Part shown: piece by piece, positions 28,076 to 37,905 of the stretch | Numbering within the stretch: position 1 is the stretch's first letter | Layout: every line of letters starts with the position of its first letter | NCBI GenBank assembly: GCA_027488815.1 | Contig: JAIYAX010000006.1 | Coordinates: forward strand, 34,185-98,184 | DNA: 64,000 nucleotides | Source of the DNA: Cytophagaceae bacterium | GTDB lineage: Bacteria; Bacteroidota; Bacteroidia; Cytophagales; JAIYAX01 | Reading direction: 5' to 3' | Position numbers and translations under genes: made by a program | The notes under the pieces: model-generated | The model's database searches: none | Told to the model about the DNA's origin: nothing | The model's input: the letters and a program-made list of their open reading frames with translations, nothing else

Positions 28076-28136
28076 ACAATGCAACAGATTTTGTCTCATG
28101 CTGAGAGATTTGGTACTGTCAAATAGAGGATCAAAA

Positions 28137-28928
28137 TTATTTAATTCCGTTGGCTTTTCTTACATACAATTCCAAAGCGCCGGTCATCGAAGGTGCTTCC
28201 GGAAGTGGTGCTTCAATATCCAAAACGAGGTTTGCATCCCTTACAGCTTTGGCAGTTGAGGGGCCAAATGCTGCTATTCGGGTATTATTCTGTACAAAGC
28301 CCGGAAAGTTGATGAATAGGGAGTTTATCCCGGAGGGACTGAAGAATGCGATGATATCGTAATTCACATCGGCGAGGTCTGAAAGATCAGAGGCTACGGT
28401 GCGATAGATGACCGCTTCTTTGTAGTTAAATCCGTTTTTATCGAGAAAATCGGGGATGTCATTCTTCCTGATATTGCTGCAAGGGAATAGGAAGCGCTCG
28501 TTCTTGTGTTTCTTCAATATCTCAGTGAGATCGTTGGCAGTTTTAAGACCTGTGAAAATCTTCCTTTTGCGGATGACGATGTACTTTTGCAAATAGTTGG
28601 CTGTCTGGTCTGAGATGCAAAAGTATTTGGTGTCTGGAGGCATCTCTATTCTGCTTTCCTGACAAATTCTAAAGAAGTTATCTACTGAGTTTCTACTGGT
28701 AAAGATGACCGCTGTATAATCGAGAAAGTTGATTTTGTCTTTACGGAACTCTTTGAAGGGGACACTTTCTACCTTGATGAAGGGTCTGAAGTCAATTTTC
28801 AATTTGTATTTAGCTGCCAACTGACCATAGGGGGACTTTTCATCTGATGGCTCTGGTTGTGAAACCAATATACTTGAAACTTTCTTTAACCTGCTCTGGA
28901 TTAGCTCAGCTGAATTGGGTTGGCTCAT
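28137..28928 (-). CDS. hemD: Uroporphyrinogen-III synthase
   Basis: 263 aa with a two-lobed HEM4-like pattern (FTSRNSVDNFF in lobe 1, FFSPSGINSLF in lobe 2). Confidence 0.6.
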   Translation of the reverse strand: MSQPNSAELIQSRLKKVSSILVSQPEPSDEKSPYGQLAAKYKLKIDFRPFIKVESVPFKEFRKDKINFLDYTAVIFTSRNSVDNFFRICQESRIEMPPDTKYFCISDQTANYLQKYIVIRKRKIFTGLKTANDLTEILKKHKNERFLFPCSNIRKNDIPDFLDKNGFNYKEAVIYRTVASDLSDLADVNYDIIAFFSPSGINSLFINFPGFVQNNTRIAAFGPSTAKAVRDANLVLDIEAPLPEAPSMTGALELYVRKANGIK

Positions 28929-28949
28929 GATCTGGGACTGCCTTACTAC

Positions 28950-30041
28950 TTATAAAAACTGAACGAGGTACAACATAGGCAACAGTTCAGCGGCGCAAAT
29001 ATAGGAAATAAAGCGAAGATTGATTTGAGCATAACTTCTCAACAAAGTCGAGAAAATATTTGCTACCATCGCAAAAGTGAAAAATATTATTAGGCCGGAT
29101 TGGAGGTTGGCCATAGCCTGTTGGTCAATGTTAAGTACAAGATCAGCTACCAGATAGACGGTAGTAAAGACCACAAACAAAACCGACATGGTGCGTAGTG
29201 CATAGGTCATGTGAAGATTTGCCAACCGGCCCATCTCAAAAAGCGCTGAAGCGATTGGAATGATCAAAAACCTAACCGAAAACATGATCATCAAGCTGAT
29301 TCCTAATTGAATAACTTCAATCAAATTCGAATCTGCGGACTTGATGAGGGCTATCAAAACTACCTGAAGCACAATGACGAGAAGTAAAAGTATGTTTTCG
29401 CTCCATTGAAAGATCCTCGCCAAAGACAACTCTTTAATAGCATTATTGGTCAAAAAGCGAACTGGAAAAAGGCTTTCCAATAAGAGGGAGGGATCTTTCC
29501 TGATCACCACTAAACTTAAAAACAATGAAGACCAAATGAGAATTATCCTCAGGTTGCGGTTACGAAAACCTGTGTTCCTGGGGACAGGATCATTTTTTAC
29601 CAGTGTTTTGATCTGAATGTCCTTTGATACAAGGCCAAGCTGAATACTCCCATTTAACTTTCCTTTAGGATCAAAAACCATCATGCTCCATCTTGAACCT
29701 ATACCAGATGGAAGCTTTTCATTTCTGATGATCAGAGAGTTGTCCTTTTGTATTTCAGCTAATTCGATTAATCGCCCATTGCAAAAAACAGCGATTTTAC
29801 CTTCGACATGGCTGATTTGAAGGTGGTACTGACTGAGCTCTGCCGAGTCAATCTCGAAGTAAACAGCCTGCACTTCAGGAGACTCAGTGCCAAAAGGTGT
29901 TAAATGGCCTTCAGATATGGTATAAGTACGATCATTTAAAGGGTAGAGCAATGGCCTTACATTGGCCTGAATCGAGCTTAATGATCCTAAAAACCCAATA
30001 ATCAGGCAAATAAGCGTTCTACGAAAACTTACTATTTTCAT
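28950..30041 (-). CDS. Multi-pass membrane protein (possibly DUF4271 family)
   Basis: 363 aa with a signal peptide, a soluble region of about 150 aa, and then about 6 TM helices. My recollection that DUF4271 genes neighbour hemD in Bacteroidota is the only basis for the family call. Confidence 0.4.
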   Translation of the reverse strand: MKIVSFRRTLICLIIGFLGSLSSIQANVRPLLYPLNDRTYTISEGHLTPFGTESPEVQAVYFEIDSAELSQYHLQISHVEGKIAVFCNGRLIELAEIQKDNSLIIRNEKLPSGIGSRWSMMVFDPKGKLNGSIQLGLVSKDIQIKTLVKNDPVPRNTGFRNRNLRIILIWSSLFLSLVVIRKDPSLLLESLFPVRFLTNNAIKELSLARIFQWSENILLLLVIVLQVVLIALIKSADSNLIEVIQLGISLMIMFSVRFLIIPIASALFEMGRLANLHMTYALRTMSVLFVVFTTVYLVADLVLNIDQQAMANLQSGLIIFFTFAMVANIFSTLLRSYAQINLRFISYICAAELLPMLYLVQFL

Positions 30042-31069
30042 CAGACCGTAGTGAAGGGCCTTTTCTTGAAAAACTCTAGAACCACCGAAAACAAAAACGA
30101 GAAGGTGAAGAGAAATAAAAGGAGGTAGGTGTTTCCCAGATCATTAAAATACCATACTCCTGCAACCAGCATCAAATTGATGGATATCAACAACAGGATC
30201 ACTTGTATTTGGCTTAGTCCCATACGAATAAGGTAGTGGTGAACGTGGTTTTTATCTGGTGCAAAAGGAGAAGCCCCACTCAATATTCGTAAAGTAAACA
30301 CACGTAGGGTGTCTAAAAGTGGCACCCATAGTATGGCTATTGCAAGAGCAGGAGAGGATTGAACGGGTCGTACCTCCACAAACCGAACGGAAAGTACAGC
30401 AATGATAAATCCACAAACCAAAGACCCTGTATCACCCATGAAAATGATTGCTTTGTGAAAATTGTACCTTAAAAACCCCAGCACGCTGCCAGCTAAAGCA
30501 AAAGCAACAAGACTGTAAGCTAAAAGGGACACGTTTGAAGTGTCAAAAAAGCTGATAGCTAAAACAAGACTTATGAGCAGCACAATTGAACCGGCCAGAC
30601 CGTCAATTCCATCAATCAGATTGATACTGTTGGTGACTCCGATGATGACTAAAAAGGTAAAGGCGTAGCTAAGACCTGGCTCCAATTCATAAATCCCAAG
30701 AAAGCCTTGAAAATCAGTGATCCTCACATCACCTATAAACAAGACTATGCCTGTAGCCAATATTTGAACAAAGAATTTCTTAAAAGCTGATACAGAGACG
30801 ATGTCATCCTTAAGACCGATAAAAAACAGAATTAGGCAACCTGCTAGTAGTTGCTGCACACCCTGAATAAGTGTCCCAAAAATGGTAAGGGCTGACATGA
30901 AGCCTGCAAAAATGGACAAACCTCCCAGTCTGGGGGTCAGGCTTTCGTGCATTGTTCTCAGGTTGGGCTCATCAAGCAACTTCTTGATATGTGAAACAAA
31001 AATGATGGAGGGAATAGAAAAGACCGAAACCAGAAAAGACCAGAAAAAAATAAGTACAGCATCAATCAT
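30041..31069 (-). CDS. MraY/WecA-family polyprenyl-phosphate N-acetylhexosamine-1-phosphate transferase
   Basis: 342 aa, about 10 TM helices. Motifs NSINLIDGIDGLAG, FMGDTGS and DKNHVHHYL. Confidence 0.85.
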   Translation of the reverse strand: MIDAVLIFFWSFLVSVFSIPSIIFVSHIKKLLDEPNLRTMHESLTPRLGGLSIFAGFMSALTIFGTLIQGVQQLLAGCLILFFIGLKDDIVSVSAFKKFFVQILATGIVLFIGDVRITDFQGFLGIYELEPGLSYAFTFLVIIGVTNSINLIDGIDGLAGSIVLLISLVLAISFFDTSNVSLLAYSLVAFALAGSVLGFLRYNFHKAIIFMGDTGSLVCGFIIAVLSVRFVEVRPVQSSPALAIAILWVPLLDTLRVFTLRILSGASPFAPDKNHVHHYLIRMGLSQIQVILLLISINLMLVAGVWYFNDLGNTYLLLFLFTFSFLFSVVLEFFKKRPFTTV

Positions 31070-31089
31070 ATAAAAAAACAGGCTAATGA

Positions 31090-32814
31090 TTAGAACCGGC
31101 TGATAAAACCAAAATGAATCTTCGACAGATTCACTTGCATTCGCTGGCCTTGATCTCTCCCCAGTGCATAAACAAAGTTAAATACTCCCGGGCCTGATGC
31201 AAAACTAAACCCAAATCCGAGACCAAGTGGGCTATCTTCAAGAAAGGATTGATCCAAATCAAAATAAACATAACCCTGGTCCACAAATACAAAAGTATAG
31301 GTGGTAGCCTCTAAAAAATACCTGGCCTCTACTGTGCCTACCGCATACCTTGAGGCAAAGAAATAATTCTCATTAAAGCCTCTAAAAGACATCAAACCTC
31401 CAAGTCTGAATAGTTCATTTTGCAATAATTCAGGTGTCTCTGTCCATCCTGATTGTGCCCTGGTCATCAGGCTAAAGGCGTTAGAGAACCTGAAGTAGCG
31501 AACAATATTCCCCTGAAAAGTCCACTGAGTAGTATTCAGAGTTAATTCTGACGGCTCGACAGCAGTTGACGTAGCTGGCCTTTGCTGGCGCCTCCGATTA
31601 CCAGCCAATGCGGTAATATCGATATACCAACCTTTTTTGGGGTATAGCCAATCATTTAGTCCTGACCATTGATAACCCAGTCCGTAGGAAACGATCCTAA
31701 CCGCTGAGATAGAGGGAGAGCTAGTGGTTCCTAAAACATCTGAGGTCTTTATCCCGGTGATAACCTGTAAGTTGGCGCCGGATTTAAAATTATATCCCAA
31801 ACTGACTCGCCGGTCAATATTGATAAAGGTTGTGTCCTCTTTGAGGAAGTCAAACTTAAGCCGAACGTCAATGGGGCTGCGAAACAATCTGGGGTGCAGG
31901 TATGATAAATTCAGCAATTGAGAGAGTGGTCTTTGTCTCATCCACTGTACATTGAGTTGCTTACCAGATGAGAACAGGTTAAACAGTTTCAGGTTAAACT
32001 CACCGGTAAGAAGAAGCCTGTTTTGTCGGGTTTCATTGGGCAATAAACCTACCACGCCATCAACTTGGTTGACAGATCGGGCATTGATCGGCAAATACAA
32101 AGTTGCCCTTCCCATGCTGTACTGAATTTCAGGGCTTTGGGTGAGGCTCAAGTAGGGCAATTGTTGAACCCTGTTTTTTATAGAACGGATAGCCTCTTCG
32201 TTGAATGGCTCTCCGGGTTTGATTTCAAGCAAGGCCGACAGGAAGGCAGGCTTAAGCTTAGCAGTGCCTTTGATCAACATAGTGTCATACAATATCTGGG
32301 GCCCTTTTGTTAATTGAAGGATAGCAGAAATTCTGCCCATGCCAACTGATAAGGTATCGAGATAAACTGAAGCGAAGGGATAGCCATGAGCCGCCATGTA
32401 TTCTACCAGATCTTTTTTATGCTCCTCTACTCTTGAGGGACTGATCATGCTGTTTCTGAATAAAGGACTGCGTATTCCAAGCTTGTTTCGTATCGACATT
32501 GATATACCGGAGGAAAGACTCAGGCTATCCCAGCGATATCTAGGCCCGGTATGCACCAGTACATTCAATAAGCTGTCGGCTGTGGTATCTGCCAGTTGAA
32601 ATGCCGCCTCTAAATATCCTTTGTTTACTAAAGTGGCTCTATTGCTCTCGAGCATTCTGATCCATCCTTTGCGATCTGCCTTGCCTGATTTCATTGGCAA
32701 AGCAAGCTGCCAATGTTCAAGTCCTTCTCCTAGCAAAAGGCCGCTACTCACTGTCTGGGCCATGGACATCGAAGGCAATAAAAGAATAAAAGCTGCAACA
32801 GAAAGCCTGTACAT
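31090..32814 (-). CDS. BamA/TamA-family (Omp85, D15 surface antigen) outer membrane protein
   Basis: Beta-barrel composition with a C-terminal aromatic residue (GFISRF). The ORF track starts at 32967. I prefer Met52 (ATG at 32814), which gives the signal peptide MYRLSVAAFILLLPSMSMAQ and removes the overlap with hemW. Confidence 0.7.
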   Translation of the reverse strand: MYRLSVAAFILLLPSMSMAQTVSSGLLLGEGLEHWQLALPMKSGKADRKGWIRMLESNRATLVNKGYLEAAFQLADTTADSLLNVLVHTGPRYRWDSLSLSSGISMSIRNKLGIRSPLFRNSMISPSRVEEHKKDLVEYMAAHGYPFASVYLDTLSVGMGRISAILQLTKGPQILYDTMLIKGTAKLKPAFLSALLEIKPGEPFNEEAIRSIKNRVQQLPYLSLTQSPEIQYSMGRATLYLPINARSVNQVDGVVGLLPNETRQNRLLLTGEFNLKLFNLFSSGKQLNVQWMRQRPLSQLLNLSYLHPRLFRSPIDVRLKFDFLKEDTTFINIDRRVSLGYNFKSGANLQVITGIKTSDVLGTTSSPSISAVRIVSYGLGYQWSGLNDWLYPKKGWYIDITALAGNRRRQQRPATSTAVEPSELTLNTTQWTFQGNIVRYFRFSNAFSLMTRAQSGWTETPELLQNELFRLGGLMSFRGFNENYFFASRYAVGTVEARYFLEATTYTFVFVDQGYVYFDLDQSFLEDSPLGLGFGFSFASGPGVFNFVYALGRDQGQRMQVNLSKIHFGFISRF

Positions 32815-32841
32815 TTGTGACAGCACCCGCACTCTAAAAAA

Positions 32842-33966
32842 TTGGCAGGCCTTTATATTCATATCCCCTTTTGCAGAAAAGCCTGTCATTATTGTGACTT
32901 TGTTTTTACTACACAAACCAGAGGAGTTGATGAATTTGTAAGGGCCATACTGCTGGAGATCGATCAAAGATGCAAAGAGATCAACGACAAGCCGATCAAA
33001 ACCGTGTATTTTGGTGGTGGAACTCCTTCGCTTATCGGCACAAAAGCAGTCGAAACCATCCTGAGGAAGCTTTCTCTTATTGCCGACTTAAGCCATGTAA
33101 ATGAAATCACGCTAGAGGCAAACCCGGAAGATCTAAACCCTGAAAAACTAAGGCAATTTCGTGAATTAGGGATCAACAGATTAAGCCTTGGGGTCCAAAG
33201 TTTTTCAGATGAAGTGCTTAAATCGATCAACCGGGCACATGATTGCCATGCTGCCAAAAAAGCTATCCATGACGCCAGAGCTGTCGGCTTTGATAACCTT
33301 AATTTAGACCTGATTTTTGGCTTTCCGGGTCAAGATACCGAGCAGCTTGATAAAGACCTGGATGCTTTTCTTTCCTGTTCGCCGGAGCATATTTCAGCTT
33401 ATAGCCTCACTATTGAACCCAAAACCTACTTTGGAAGGAGTCTTCAACGAAAACTGATGAAAGAAACTCCTGAAGAAGTAATGGCCGGTTTTTTCTTGCA
33501 AGTCAGGGAAAGGCTTTTGAAACATGGGTATGAACATTACGAAATATCCAACTATGCCTTAAAAAACAAAGTGTCCATCCACAACAGCAGCTATTGGATC
33601 AATGAGGCTTACATCGGTTTGGGGCCTGGTGCACATAGCTATGATGGTGAACTGATCAGAAGATGGAATACTTCCTCCATTACCGGGTATAGTCAAAGGC
33701 TGGTTAAGCAGGTTGGTTATTTCGAAACAGAGCAATTGAGCCCTAAAGACAAAGCAAATGAGTTTATCTTTACCCGCCTACGAACTCAAAAGGGTTTGCC
33801 AAAATCAGACTGGGAGAAGGCGTATCACTTAACTGAGAGCCAAATAGAAACACTGGAACAACTAATAAAAGAGGGATGGTTGATGGAACAAGAAGGACAT
33901 GTCAGATTAACTGAAAAAGGCATGCTACATGCCGACACTTTATCCGCAGCTCTGTTTTATGATTGA
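32842..33966 (+). CDS. hemW: Radical SAM heme chaperone HemW (HemN-like, oxygen-independent coproporphyrinogen oxidase family)
   Basis: 374 aa with LYIHIPFCRKACHYCDF (CxxxCxxC radical SAM cluster motif) and the HemN_C-like tail. TTG start. Confidence 0.85.
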   Translation: MAGLYIHIPFCRKACHYCDFVFTTQTRGVDEFVRAILLEIDQRCKEINDKPIKTVYFGGGTPSLIGTKAVETILRKLSLIADLSHVNEITLEANPEDLNPEKLRQFRELGINRLSLGVQSFSDEVLKSINRAHDCHAAKKAIHDARAVGFDNLNLDLIFGFPGQDTEQLDKDLDAFLSCSPEHISAYSLTIEPKTYFGRSLQRKLMKETPEEVMAGFFLQVRERLLKHGYEHYEISNYALKNKVSIHNSSYWINEAYIGLGPGAHSYDGELIRRWNTSSITGYSQRLVKQVGYFETEQLSPKDKANEFIFTRLRTQKGLPKSDWEKAYHLTESQIETLEQLIKEGWLMEQEGHVRLTEKGMLHADTLSAALFYD

Positions 33967-34726
33967 ATATCAGGTACAAATAAATTCAAGCAATCAGACT
34001 TATCTCGCTGATTTGAATAAAGGTATAGAGGTAGGTCTCGTATTGAAAGATGGTGCTGAAAATCCAAACTGCTATTATGCGGATCCACCTGAATTTGAGG
34101 TAATCATTGCAGGAGACTTCAAAGGAAGCGTTGGCATAGGCGGACCTGTGAATCACCGGAAAGTCCATTTCAGCCCGCATGGAAACGGCACTCATACAGA
34201 ATGTTACGGGCATATCAGCGCCGATCCTGAAGCTACCATGGACAAGTTTTTTAGCTCAATCCATGCCCTTTGCAGGCTGGTGAGTGTTGAGCCAGAACAA
34301 ACAGGAAAAGATCTTGTCATTCGTAAAATCCCGGGGCTGAGCTACTTTGATCCCATTGATGCTATCGCTGTAAGGACACTGCCCAATCAAGAAGAAAAGA
34401 AAACAAAAAACTACTCAGGAACCAACCCTCCATATATCGATGCTGAACTCACAGATCAACTTGGTAATCTGGGAATTTTGCACTTGCTTACTGACTTACC
34501 TTCCATCGATCCGGAAATAGATGGGGGAAAACTGGCCGCTCATAAATCATTTTTTGGTTGGCCTAGTCCCAAAAAGCCTTTCCGTTCCATTACAGAACTT
34601 TGTTATTTCCCTCCTGAGCTGCCTGATGGACTTTATTTCCTCCAAATACAAATCATGTCCATCAACCTTGACGTCAGCCCCAGCAGACCAATATTATTCC
34701 CCTTGTCAAATTCGCATAAATCCTAA
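33959..34726 (+). CDS. Putative cyclase/kynurenine-formamidase-like metal hydrolase
   Basis: HGNGTHTECYGH resembles the HxGTHxDxPxH motif of cyclase-family proteins, with D->E and P->Y changes. The preferred ATG at 33959 overlaps the hemW stop by 8 nt. The ORF track starts at 33929. Confidence 0.45.
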   Translation: MIEYQVQINSSNQTYLADLNKGIEVGLVLKDGAENPNCYYADPPEFEVIIAGDFKGSVGIGGPVNHRKVHFSPHGNGTHTECYGHISADPEATMDKFFSSIHALCRLVSVEPEQTGKDLVIRKIPGLSYFDPIDAIAVRTLPNQEEKKTKNYSGTNPPYIDAELTDQLGNLGILHLLTDLPSIDPEIDGGKLAAHKSFFGWPSPKKPFRSITELCYFPPELPDGLYFLQIQIMSINLDVSPSRPILFPLSNSHKS

Positions 34727-34756
34727 TATATTTGAGACACCAAGCCCTCCTAGGTC

Positions 34757-35140
34757 ATGAAATTTGATCAATCCCTTTCAAGTGAGCAAAAGAAAGCTTT
34801 TCTACTGCTCATGTCTGTCATTTTTCACTACCATGGCCTTGATGAGGATGAGCAAAGACAGCTTGATGAGATTGCTCAACAAATGAATGCATCAGAGGAA
34901 CTTAGCTGGGCAAATCATTTTATCACTTCTGATTATTATACGGCTTTTGAAAGGGCAAAGGACTTTCTCCAGGATACAGTAGGTAAGTACGAGAAGACTA
35001 TAAAATTAGCTTACCTCAACGAAGTCTGGAAAGCAACCGATAAAAAAGGCTATATTAGTGAAATGGAAGCAACAGCCATGCTGAAGTTAGCCCGAAACTG
35101 GGAAATCGAAGGTGATTTAGTTGCCTTAGTTCGGAAATAA
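34757..35140 (+). CDS. Hypothetical protein
   Basis: 127-aa helical, acidic ORF with coding-like composition. It ends at a terminator. I recognise no motif. Confidence 0.45.
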   Translation: MKFDQSLSSEQKKAFLLLMSVIFHYHGLDEDEQRQLDEIAQQMNASEELSWANHFITSDYYTAFERAKDFLQDTVGKYEKTIKLAYLNEVWKATDKKGYISEMEATAMLKLARNWEIEGDLVALVRK

Positions 35141-35165
35141 AAAAAGCCCTTTCGGGCTCTTAATT
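35141..35165 (-). terminator. Rho-independent terminator ending the minus-strand polysaccharide operon
   Basis: Stem agccc (35145-35149) / gggct (35154-35158) with a 4-nt loop. On the minus strand it is followed by a T-run (A-run 35138-35145 on the plus strand). Confidence 0.55.
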
Positions 35166-35180
35166 TGGCTGTAAGATCTT

Positions 35181-36305
35181 CTACGTAAGCTCCTTCATTT
35201 TTTCACAGATAAACTGCAATTGATCCTCACCTAGCTCGGTATGCATTGGTAAGGAGAATACCGTTTCACTAAGCTGTTCCGAAACCGGAAAATCACCCTT
35301 TTTATAGCCCAAATAAGCATAGGCTTTCTGCAAGTGAAGGGGTGAAGGGTAATAAATCATCGTTGGAATTCCCTCTTCCTGAAGCTTTTGTAGAAGAGGG
35401 GCACGCTCCCCTTGAAGCAGGGTTATCGTAAACTGATGATACACATGTGTGCTTCGGGGATGTTCGTAAGGCAGTTTAAACCGATCTAGTGAAGATAATT
35501 GTTCCCGATAATAGGCAGAGGCTTTGCGGCGGGCAGCAATGTAGCCATCCAAATATCGCAGTTTGACATCCAGAAGGGCCGCTTGTAAGGTATCTAACCG
35601 TGAGTTGACACCCACCCGCTCGTACTGGTATTTTTGCTTCTGACCATGCCCTGCTATCATGGCCATGCGGTCGGCTAATTCCTCATCATTAGTATAAATA
35701 GCTCCGCCGTCACCCATACATCCCAGGTTTTTACTTGGGAAAAAAGAAGTGGTGCCAATATGCCCGATCGTACCTGCTTTTTGATCTTTGAAAGGTTCTA
35801 TTTGATAGGTTGAGCCAATTGCCTGCGCCGTATCTTCTACGACCCAGAGCTTGTGCCGGGAAGCAATACTCATGATTTCGCTCATCGGGGCACATTGTCC
35901 GAAGAGGTGCACAGGCATGATTACCCTAGTCTTCGGGGTAATGGCCTTTAAAACCTGCTCAGGTAAAAGTGAGAAAGTATCAGGGTCGACATCCACAAAT
36001 ACCGGCTTAAAGCCTAAAAGTGCAATCACCTCGACAGTGGCGACATAATTAAATGCAGGTACAATAACTTCAGAGTCAGAGGGTAATTCCAAGGCCATCA
36101 GCGCAATCTGTAAGGCATCGGTTCCATTAGCACAAGCGATAACACGTTTCACTCCCAGATAATTGGCAAGATTCTGCTGAAAACTCTTTACCTCAGGCCC
36201 ATTGATGTATTGTGAGCCATAAATCGCCTTGAACAAAGCTGCATCTATTTCTGGCTTGATGCGCTCATACTGACTTACCAGATCAACCATTTGTATGGGT
36301 TTCAT
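35181..36305 (-). CDS. DegT/DnrJ/EryC1/StrS aminotransferase, WbpE-like (UDP-2-acetamido-2-deoxy-3-oxo-glucuronate aminotransferase-like)
   Basis: 374 aa with PLP-Lys motif SFFPSKNLG. It lies adjacent to WbpD-like and near WbpB-like genes. Confidence 0.8.
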   Translation of the reverse strand: MKPIQMVDLVSQYERIKPEIDAALFKAIYGSQYINGPEVKSFQQNLANYLGVKRVIACANGTDALQIALMALELPSDSEVIVPAFNYVATVEVIALLGFKPVFVDVDPDTFSLLPEQVLKAITPKTRVIMPVHLFGQCAPMSEIMSIASRHKLWVVEDTAQAIGSTYQIEPFKDQKAGTIGHIGTTSFFPSKNLGCMGDGGAIYTNDEELADRMAMIAGHGQKQKYQYERVGVNSRLDTLQAALLDVKLRYLDGYIAARRKASAYYREQLSSLDRFKLPYEHPRSTHVYHQFTITLLQGERAPLLQKLQEEGIPTMIYYPSPLHLQKAYAYLGYKKGDFPVSEQLSETVFSLPMHTELGEDQLQFICEKMKELT

Positions 36306-36916
36306 AGTGGCTTTATCTCTGGATTTTGCGTTTTACTTACTTTTCCCTGTGTTAGCCTGTACCATTCCTTACTTTCCGGGCAACAGGCCATGCCTTCTTC
36401 ATTGAACTTAAGGCGCTGGCCATATTCACTCATCCAACCGGTTTGACGTGCGGGATTTCCAACCACGAGTGCATAATCAGGTACATCTCGGGTCACGACA
36501 GCACCGGCACCAATGAAAGCGTAACTTCCGATGGTATACCCACATACAATTGTAGCATTAGCTCCGATTGTGGCACCTTTTTTCACAAGTGTTGATTTGT
36601 ATTCGTCTTTCCTGGAGATAGCACTTCTTGGGTTAACAACATTGGTAAACACCATTGAAGGACCTAAAAACACATCATCTTCACAATTGACACCTGTGTA
36701 GATAGAGACATTGTTCTGTACCCTAACTCCGTTTCCAAGAGTTACCTGAGGCGAAACAACTACATTTTGACCCAGATTGCAGTTTTCACCTATGGTGCAT
36801 CCGGGCATGATATGACTGAAGTGCCAGATTTTTGTTCCTTGCCCAATTTGGCACCCCTCATCAATTACTGCGGTAGGATGAGCATAAAAGGTGGTTTGGG
36901 GATCAGTTTGGGCCAT
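36302..36916 (-). CDS. Left-handed beta-helix N-acetyltransferase, WbpD/WlbB-like
   Basis: 204 aa with hexapeptide repeats ([32 protein letters not shown]). It overlaps the aminotransferase gene by 4 nt. Confidence 0.75.
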   Translation of the reverse strand: MAQTDPQTTFYAHPTAVIDEGCQIGQGTKIWHFSHIMPGCTIGENCNLGQNVVVSPQVTLGNGVRVQNNVSIYTGVNCEDDVFLGPSMVFTNVVNPRSAISRKDEYKSTLVKKGATIGANATIVCGYTIGSYAFIGAGAVVTRDVPDYALVVGNPARQTGWMSEYGQRLKFNEEGMACCPESKEWYRLTQGKVSKTQNPEIKPL

Positions 36917-37355
36917 GTTGTTTCTGTAGATAAAATGCAGGAATAAGGAGCATCAGCAATACCGGGTTCATGATCACCCGATGAAGGTGAGAGTCGAGGC
37001 TTCGGTAGGTGTCACCAAAGTGATACTTGATCAGCAAGTACCCTGGAAGTAAAACCATCATCCCGAAAAGCTGCACATAAAGCGCAAAAATCATATAAGA
37101 CTTTTCATGAAAGAGGGCAAAGATGATCAGAAGGGTAAAGCCATCATTGAGTAAAAACCTTAAACTCTTATTGATTACAAAGGCAGTAAAATCATCAGAA
37201 GGTATCCCCAAAGATAGACTTGCGAAAGGCACATCCTGGACCAGGTAAACCCCTGCTAGTCCACTCATTCCAATCGTTAACATCAACAAACGGGAAATAC
37301 TAAAGCCTGAAAAGTATGTTCTAGGAGTCGGCTTTAGCATGTTTTGAGAAAGCAA
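36903..37355 (-). CDS. Exosortase F system-associated membrane protein
   Basis: 150 aa, about 4 TM helices, with motifs RFLLNDGF and HRVIMNP. It overlaps both the XrtF gene (35 nt) and the downstream acetyltransferase gene (14 nt). The XrtF pairing matches my recollection of the TIGR04127/TIGR04128 pair. Confidence 0.6.
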   Translation of the reverse strand: MLSQNMLKPTPRTYFSGFSISRLLMLTIGMSGLAGVYLVQDVPFASLSLGIPSDDFTAFVINKSLRFLLNDGFTLLIIFALFHEKSYMIFALYVQLFGMMVLLPGYLLIKYHFGDTYRSLDSHLHRVIMNPVLLMLLIPAFYLQKQHGPN

Positions 37356-37905
37356 AGCGACTCACCCAGACGTACCAGATGCCCAGGATCGCCAGGTAGA
37401 TAACGGCTGTGAACAGGTACTTATGGGTAAAAAACAGCCATTCAGGTATATCAAGGGCAATAATGGATAGTCCAAAAATCCGAAGCAGATTTACCAGATG
37501 GATAAATGCCAGCCCTCCAAAAATAAAAGCGATCATAGGTTTTAAGGGGCCACCAAATGCAACTAAAAATGCCAGGTATAAAATCATGATTGCCAGTCCG
37601 TTACAACCCTCAAATACACTCACTATTGGCTCCCTACCCGCTGTGTAAAGACTAAGAGCCGCTCCTACCCCCTGCCAGGGCTCTGACAAAGTCATTTGTT
37701 TTTGAAATGTATTCAAGCGCTCTTTGATTTGAATACCCGGCTCTTTCAATTCCAGCAGATAAACCAACTGATAGGTGACAAAGCGTGTCATTCCATCCAC
37801 ATGGGGCTGGCTTTGTTTCACATACCATCCATAGGCACCTGTTCCAAGGAAGAAGATCAGGAAGAACTTTACTAAAAAAAGAATAGCAGGTCGAAATGCT
37901 TTCAC
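37321..37905 (-). CDS. xrtF: Exosortase family protein XrtF
   Basis: 194-aa polytopic protein with the exosortase signature residues Cys101 (EGCNG), Asn139-x-x-Arg142 (VNLLRI) and His161 (FTHKY). Size and partner gene fit the XrtF subfamily. The GTG start overlaps the upstream stop (GTGA). Confidence 0.7.
   Translation of the reverse strand: MKAFRPAILFLVKFFLIFFLGTGAYGWYVKQSQPHVDGMTRFVTYQLVYLLELKEPGIQIKERLNTFQKQMTLSEPWQGVGAALSLYTAGREPIVSVFEGCNGLAIMILYLAFLVAFGGPLKPMIAFIFGGLAFIHLVNLLRIFGLSIIALDIPEWLFFTHKYLFTAVIYLAILGIWYVWVSRFAFSKHAKADS

Noticed and set aside
34757-35140. Possible TerB-like or co-chaperone-like identity for the 127-aa acidic helical protein
   Set aside because: The resemblance is only an impression from composition (helical, Asp/Glu-rich). 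No diagnostic motif was seen, so it is left as hypothetical.
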